DNA of 60,537 nt, counting the filler. It is 4 parts of 4 records of this genome, joined end to end, with 100 filler letters (N's around TTAATTAATTAA, not from the genome) between each part and the next. Parts side by side here need not be neighbours in the genome. Positions count along the whole stretch, not along the records: positions 55,343 to 60,537 come from SRR31156797_6211; 3 more parts are not named here. One strand, given 5' to 3'. Below the pieces are notes generated by a model. The model was not told the DNA's origin. It did not search any database and saw only the letters and a list, made by a program, of their open reading frames with translations. Shown one piece after another: positions 58,275 through 60,537 of this stretch. The position numbers were made by a program, and so were the translations under genes. Numbering within the stretch: position 1 is the stretch's first letter; each line of letters begins with the position of its first letter.

Positions 58275-60537
58275 TCAATGCATAGATAAGGGAAAATAGA
58301 TTCTGAATGACGTGCCCACGGAAACCTGGCTGTCAGCGAAAATAAAGCCCTTCATCTGCTTGATGATCCCGTAGGAAGAAGACAGGCCCAGCCCGTTTCC
58401 CTTTTCATTCTTTGTCGTAAAGAAAGGTTCGAAGACTCTGCTGAGGGTAGCCTCATCCATCCCCGAACCCGAATCCTCAACAGTAATCCGACAAAAATCA
58501 GAACTCGGCAGGGTAAAGGTCCCATTGCCGTCCGGAATAATGGGATCCGTAAGCCTGGCCGATGAGATAGTGATCGATCCACCATTATCCATGGCATCCT
58601 GAGCATTGAGAATCAGGTTCACCAGCACCTGCTCTATCTGTACGCTATCCCCGTAAACAATAAGGTCCTCATCGCTGAGATCATACTTGAGTACGATACT
58701 TTTCCTGAGGAATGTTTTTGCCAGGATCTGGAAAGCGTTCAGGAGAGTATTGATCTGTATCTCTTCGTAATTGATTTTTTCCTTTTTACTGAAAAGAAGC
58801 AGTTTCCTGATAAGATCGCCCGCCTTCTTCGTGACCGACAGGATCATGTCGGCATTGGCAGAATTGTCATCACCCTCTTCATTATCCATTTTGATGAACT
58901 GCGCATACCCTGAAATAGGAGTCAGCAGATTGTTCAGATCATGGGCAAAGCTTCCTGCCAGGATTCCCAGACTCTCCAGTCTCTGGCTTCTTTGAATCTG
59001 AAGCTCAAGCCTGTTCTTCTCAGTAATATCCCGCCCATAGCAGATGATGCAGCTCTCACTGTCATCATGATAAGCGGATACAACCGAAAGGATGTGCGCC
59101 TCACCGTTCATCCTGTTTTCAATATTCAGATTCAAATACTGGGTATTCCCTGTTCGCAGGCACTCTTCGAATATCCTGGTCGACTGAATGACATCCGCTT
59201 TGGAAAAGACGGAACCGCATGGCCTTCCCAGTATTTCATGTTCCGGTCTGCCGATGAGGGTTCTGAGCTTGTCATTGAGATAGGTGATGCACAGGGACTT
59301 GTCCATGGACCAGATCACATCTCCTGAATTCTCTATAAGGATTCGGTATTTCCTCTCCGACTCGGTAAGTGATTTTTCCGCTTTCACCTGATCGCTCAGA
59401 TCTAGGAAACTGCCTCTGTGACCCAGGAATCTGCCCTGATCGTTATAGATATGGCGACACCTGTAGCGCAGCCAGCGGAGATCTCCCGAACGTGTCTTGA
59501 TCCGGAGCTGTTCGATCTGTTCCCCGCTATTGATATTGTTATAATGATCCCGCCACTTCTGCCGATCCTCGGGAATAATCAGATCCTCGACCAGCCTCGG
59601 ATTCTTATAGAAATCTTCAGGTTTATATCCGGTAAAATCATAGCAGGAAGGAGAACAATAGATGAATTTGATTTCCGGAGTGATCCAGAATTCCCAGTCA
59701 TAATTGTGCTCGGCTATAATGCGATAGTTCAGATCCGCCTGCTCAACCGCTTCGTCAAATTCTTTCTCCTTAATCAGCATGTCGTTCTTGGATTTTACAA
59801 TCCTCAACTGAAGGACAAGGATGAATAGAAAGGAAACGAACAGAACCATCGCCAGCGATATCAGGACGGGATAGAGCCAGGGCGGCCTTTTGATAAGCTC
59901 ATCATAGTGGAACCATTCCTCCAGAAGCTCATAGTATATGGAGTCGTTATCCTCTTTCATTTCAGCCAGCCGGCTGTCGATCTTTTCCAGAATACCAGAA
60001 TCGATCTCCTTTCCGGCAGCCACGAAGGCCTGCGTAGGAGAGAATACGACTCCCATCGACTTGAGAAGCCCCTGAGCATTGAAAGAGCTGTAGGCTACCA
60101 TGGCATCCACATCCTTCTGCTTCACAGCCTCCGCCATTGTCGACAGGTCATCATAGTAAACGGGAGTATAATGAATATCGAAATTATCCATCATGGTGAT
60201 GAAGTTTTTCGCATTCTGATCTCCCATCATCAGGCCGACTCGTTTGAACTGAACATCGAAAATATTATCCAGCACAGTATCGTGATCAACAAACAATTCT
60301 CCCCAGGAAACCAGGAAGACCTCTTCATTGAATACAAGCTCCCTTTCTCTCTCTACAGTCCTGACCGCCGCCGGAAGGAGGTCGATTTCATTATCCCGTA
60401 CTTTCCGGTAGGCCTCCTGAAAGCTGATATCGGTAATGAAAGTAATGCTCTCATCGGGAAGTAGTTTTCTCAACATCTCGGGAAAGAAACCTGTGGCCGT
60501 ACCGTCTTCCTTAACAATTATAACCGGATCCGCTCCG
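58275..60537 (-). CDS. Sensor histidine kinase (periplasmic solute-binding domain, TM, 2 PAS, HisKA, HATPase); 5' end beyond window
   Basis: AHDLNNLL H-box, EQVLVNLILNAQDAM, D.G.GM, FEPFFTTK, GLGLS. The frame stays open to the window end (GADPVIIVKEDGTATGFFPEM). Confidence 0.92.
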   Translation of the reverse strand, partial: GADPVIIVKEDGTATGFFPEMLRKLLPDESITFITDISFQEAYRKVRDNEIDLLPAAVRTVERERELVFNEEVFLVSWGELFVDHDTVLDNIFDVQFKRVGLMMGDQNAKNFITMMDNFDIHYTPVYYDDLSTMAEAVKQKDVDAMVAYSSFNAQGLLKSMGVVFSPTQAFVAAGKEIDSGILEKIDSRLAEMKEDNDSIYYELLEEWFHYDELIKRPPWLYPVLISLAMVLFVSFLFILVLQLRIVKSKNDMLIKEKEFDEAVEQADLNYRIIAEHNYDWEFWITPEIKFIYCSPSCYDFTGYKPEDFYKNPRLVEDLIIPEDRQKWRDHYNNINSGEQIEQLRIKTRSGDLRWLRYRCRHIYNDQGRFLGHRGSFLDLSDQVKAEKSLTESERKYRILIENSGDVIWSMDKSLCITYLNDKLRTLIGRPEHEILGRPCGSVFSKADVIQSTRIFEECLRTGNTQYLNLNIENRMNGEAHILSVVSAYHDDSESCIICYGRDITEKNRLELQIQRSQRLESLGILAGSFAHDLNNLLTPISGYAQFIKMDNEEGDDNSANADMILSVTKKAGDLIRKLLLFSKKEKINYEEIQINTLLNAFQILAKTFLRKSIVLKYDLSDEDLIVYGDSVQIEQVLVNLILNAQDAMDNGGSITISSARLTDPIIPDGNGTFTLPSSDFCRITVEDSGSGMDEATLSRVFEPFFTTKNEKGNGLGLSSSYGIIKQMKGFIFADSQVSVGTSFRIYFPLSMH

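Overview
The window is four unrelated contigs joined by 100-bp N/TTAATTAATTAA linkers (28592-28691, 47094-47193, 55243-55342), so nothing can be linked across those breaks. Contig A (1-28591) looks like an anaerobic Bacteroidales genome. It carries a SAM-I riboswitch-controlled methionine operon (ask-metY-metX-hom) with an unannotated Thr/Ile/Met-rich leader ORF, an ECF sigma/anti-sigma/DUF4097 cluster, a membrane-anchored reductive-dehalogenase-like protein, pta and a GH29 fucosidase. It also has a selenocysteine locus (selC-selA-selB) with a short 12-bp-arm tRNA-Sec and an atypical SelB C-terminus, an electron-bifurcating-type [FeFe]-hydrogenase operon behind Rex-like boxes and interrupted by a miniature four-helix-bundle repeat element, tsaD and a partial cysH. 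Contig B (28692-47093) is Enterococcus-like. It holds a rearranged accessory Sec (SecA2/SecY2/Asp/Gtf) locus with no serine-rich-repeat substrate in view, and the same gene run includes an Rgg-like regulator, two coiled-coil proteins and an apparently ATPase-dead ParM-like actin homologue, followed by a mosaic adhesin. Contig C (47194-55242) is Bacteroidota: exonuclease-fused dnaE, a peptidase/propeller/Omp85 fusion and a partial tkt. Contig D (55343-60537) is higher-GC and possibly spirochaetal: a URO-D-family fragment, a lipoprotein haloalkane-dehalogenase-like hydrolase, a membrane AraC regulator and a PAS histidine kinase. The strongest candidates for undescribed biology are the accessory-Sec operon with its pseudo-actin and the divergent Bacteroidales Sec machinery. 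All calls come from reading motifs by eye; no searches were run.
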